Below, piece after piece: positions 62,934 through 64,000 of a stretch of 64,000 nucleotides of DNA (positions are counted from its first letter, which is position 1; every line of letters begins with the position of its first letter). The DNA comes from a virus, in IMG/VR virus record IMGVR_UViG_3300032236_000718, positions 1 through 64,000 of that record. One strand, given 5' to 3'. The notes below the pieces were generated by a model that was not told the DNA's origin, ran no database searches, and was given only the letters and a program-made list of their open reading frames with translations. Position numbers and translations under genes: made by a program.

Positions 62934-64000
62934 ATTTCTGTAGTCCTGCGGACTCTTTTAGTCTATAAGCTAATGGGTAGTCCTTACCAGGGACAAATGC
63001 TATAGTGTCTGTGTCAGCCTTAGCTCCACTAGAATTCTGTAGAATTATAGGAAGAGCTGTATTCTTCTTACTCTGTTCATATGCTGCTGTCACTGCTGCG
63101 GCATTGCCCATGATGTTACCATCATTCTTATTAGAAGTTACTAGAGTAGAAGACTTATTACCGATATTATAGATGCTCTGGGCATAATTCGGATCAGTTG
63201 CATATCCGGCCGCGGCTATAGCTGTTGCAGCCTCAGCAAACGACTTGGCATTTAATACACCAGCGTATCTATTATTCTTAGTGATAAAGTCTACATATCC
63301 CTCGGCTGACTCCTCGAGACTATTATATGCAGCAAAGCTTTGTGACATGCTCGTGTAGCCGCCACCCGAGAACTCACTGGTCATTGCTGAGACACTTCCT
63401 GCGGTGCCCTGACCCTTTATTCCAAAGGCATTGTTGCCCACCATATGTCGACCATACCCAGTCTCCTGCGCGCTCTGTGCGGCGCCAAGCTGTGCTATGA
63501 TCTCAGGATTTGGTAGACCCTTAGCTTTTGCAGCAGCCAGCACTGAGTTATACATTTTATTGTACCACTCACCCTGGCTTCCATTAAATGGTGTGCTCTT
63601 GACATTTGTGTCCAGTGTTGGGTTACCATAACTTGCTCCCACGGACCCGCCCGTGAGGCCAGATAAATTACTAGACCCTGACATGTTTAGACTACTAGAT
63701 ATACCAGAGAATGGGTTACTAAATGAAGCAGTTGCTCCACCCGAGACTACACCTTCACTACTAGAGCCAACAACAGAAGTCTTCTCAGAGCTTCCCTCAC
63801 CATAGTCGAATATGAATGACTTAGCGTTGAACTCAATATTTTTAGCATTAAAGTTCAGGCTTGTTAGTCTCTCGCTCTCACTAGCAGACAGTGGTATTAT
63901 AAGTTCACGACCATGTAGAGTGACAGGGTATCCTTCCTCAGGACCATCAGATATACCACCGTCTCTGAAACCTTTAGTTATAGTATCGAGTAAAGTTCCT
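62932..64000 (-). CDS. Tail/baseplate protein with GH73 (FlgJ-like) glucosaminidase domain, 5' end outside the window
   Basis: AQSAQETGYG, NNAFGIKG, GYATDPNY; the frame stays open upstream of 63684 (GFRDGGISDGPEEGYPVTLHGRELIIPL). Confidence 0.85.
   Translation of the reverse strand, partial: GTLLDTITKGFRDGGISDGPEEGYPVTLHGRELIIPLSASESERLTSLNFNAKNIEFNAKSFIFDYGEGSSEKTSVVGSSSEGVVSGGATASFSNPFSGISSSLNMSGSSNLSGLTGGSVGASYGNPTLDTNVKSTPFNGSQGEWYNKMYNSVLAAAKAKGLPNPEIIAQLGAAQSAQETGYGRHMVGNNAFGIKGQGTAGSVSAMTSEFSGGGYTSMSQSFAAYNSLEESAEGYVDFITKNNRYAGVLNAKSFAEAATAIAAAGYATDPNYAQSIYNIGNKSSTLVTSNKNDGNIMGNAAAVTAAYEQSKKNTALPIILQNSSGAKADTDTIAFVPGKDYPLAYRLKESAGLQK

Noticed and set aside
63682-63684. ATG at 63684 as the start of the glucosaminidase
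   Set aside because: The frame remains open to the window edge with a recognisable upstream motif.
1-64000. Alternative genetic code or stop-codon reassignment
   Set aside because: Core genes are full-length in code 11, all three stops are used, and no suppressor anticodon was found.

Overview
64 kb of a large T4-like (myovirus) phage genome. The host is inferred to be an alphaproteobacterium, probably Rhizobiales-like, from a circularly permuted tmRNA, a ROSE-like hairpin, a DUF1127 protein, an ADLP..KAP-type outer-membrane protein and an alpha-type tRNA-Ile2. Core genes are gp43, uvsX, gp41, gp61, thyX, nrdA/nrdB, glutaredoxin, rnh, phoH, exoA, gp33, gp32, a GH19 endolysin, spanins and the 3' part of a GH73 tail/baseplate muramidase. 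There are 11 tRNAs. Several are structurally abnormal: an 8/4-like Ser(UGA), a long-arm UAU tRNA and a short-arm Leu(UAA). Regulation is readable directly as about 20 early promoters (TGTACA-N17-TAnnnT) and 9 T4-type late promoters (TATAAATA). Best novelty candidates: (1) a 36.6-40.6 kb module with an apparently catalytically dead AdoMet-decarboxylase paralog fused to a TylF-like methyltransferase, followed by an intact AdoMetDC, a glycosyltransferase and heptose enzymes HddA/GmhA under a late promoter; (2) a 44.9-48.9 kb array of small early genes, each preceded by a repeated promoter-RBS cassette; (3) a translation-rescue kit of non-canonical tRNAs, tmRNA and a ligase-like/nucleotidyltransferase fusion with a capsid-targeting-like N-terminus; (4) several unannotated structured RNAs. 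All family calls come from motif recognition by eye; no database searches were run.
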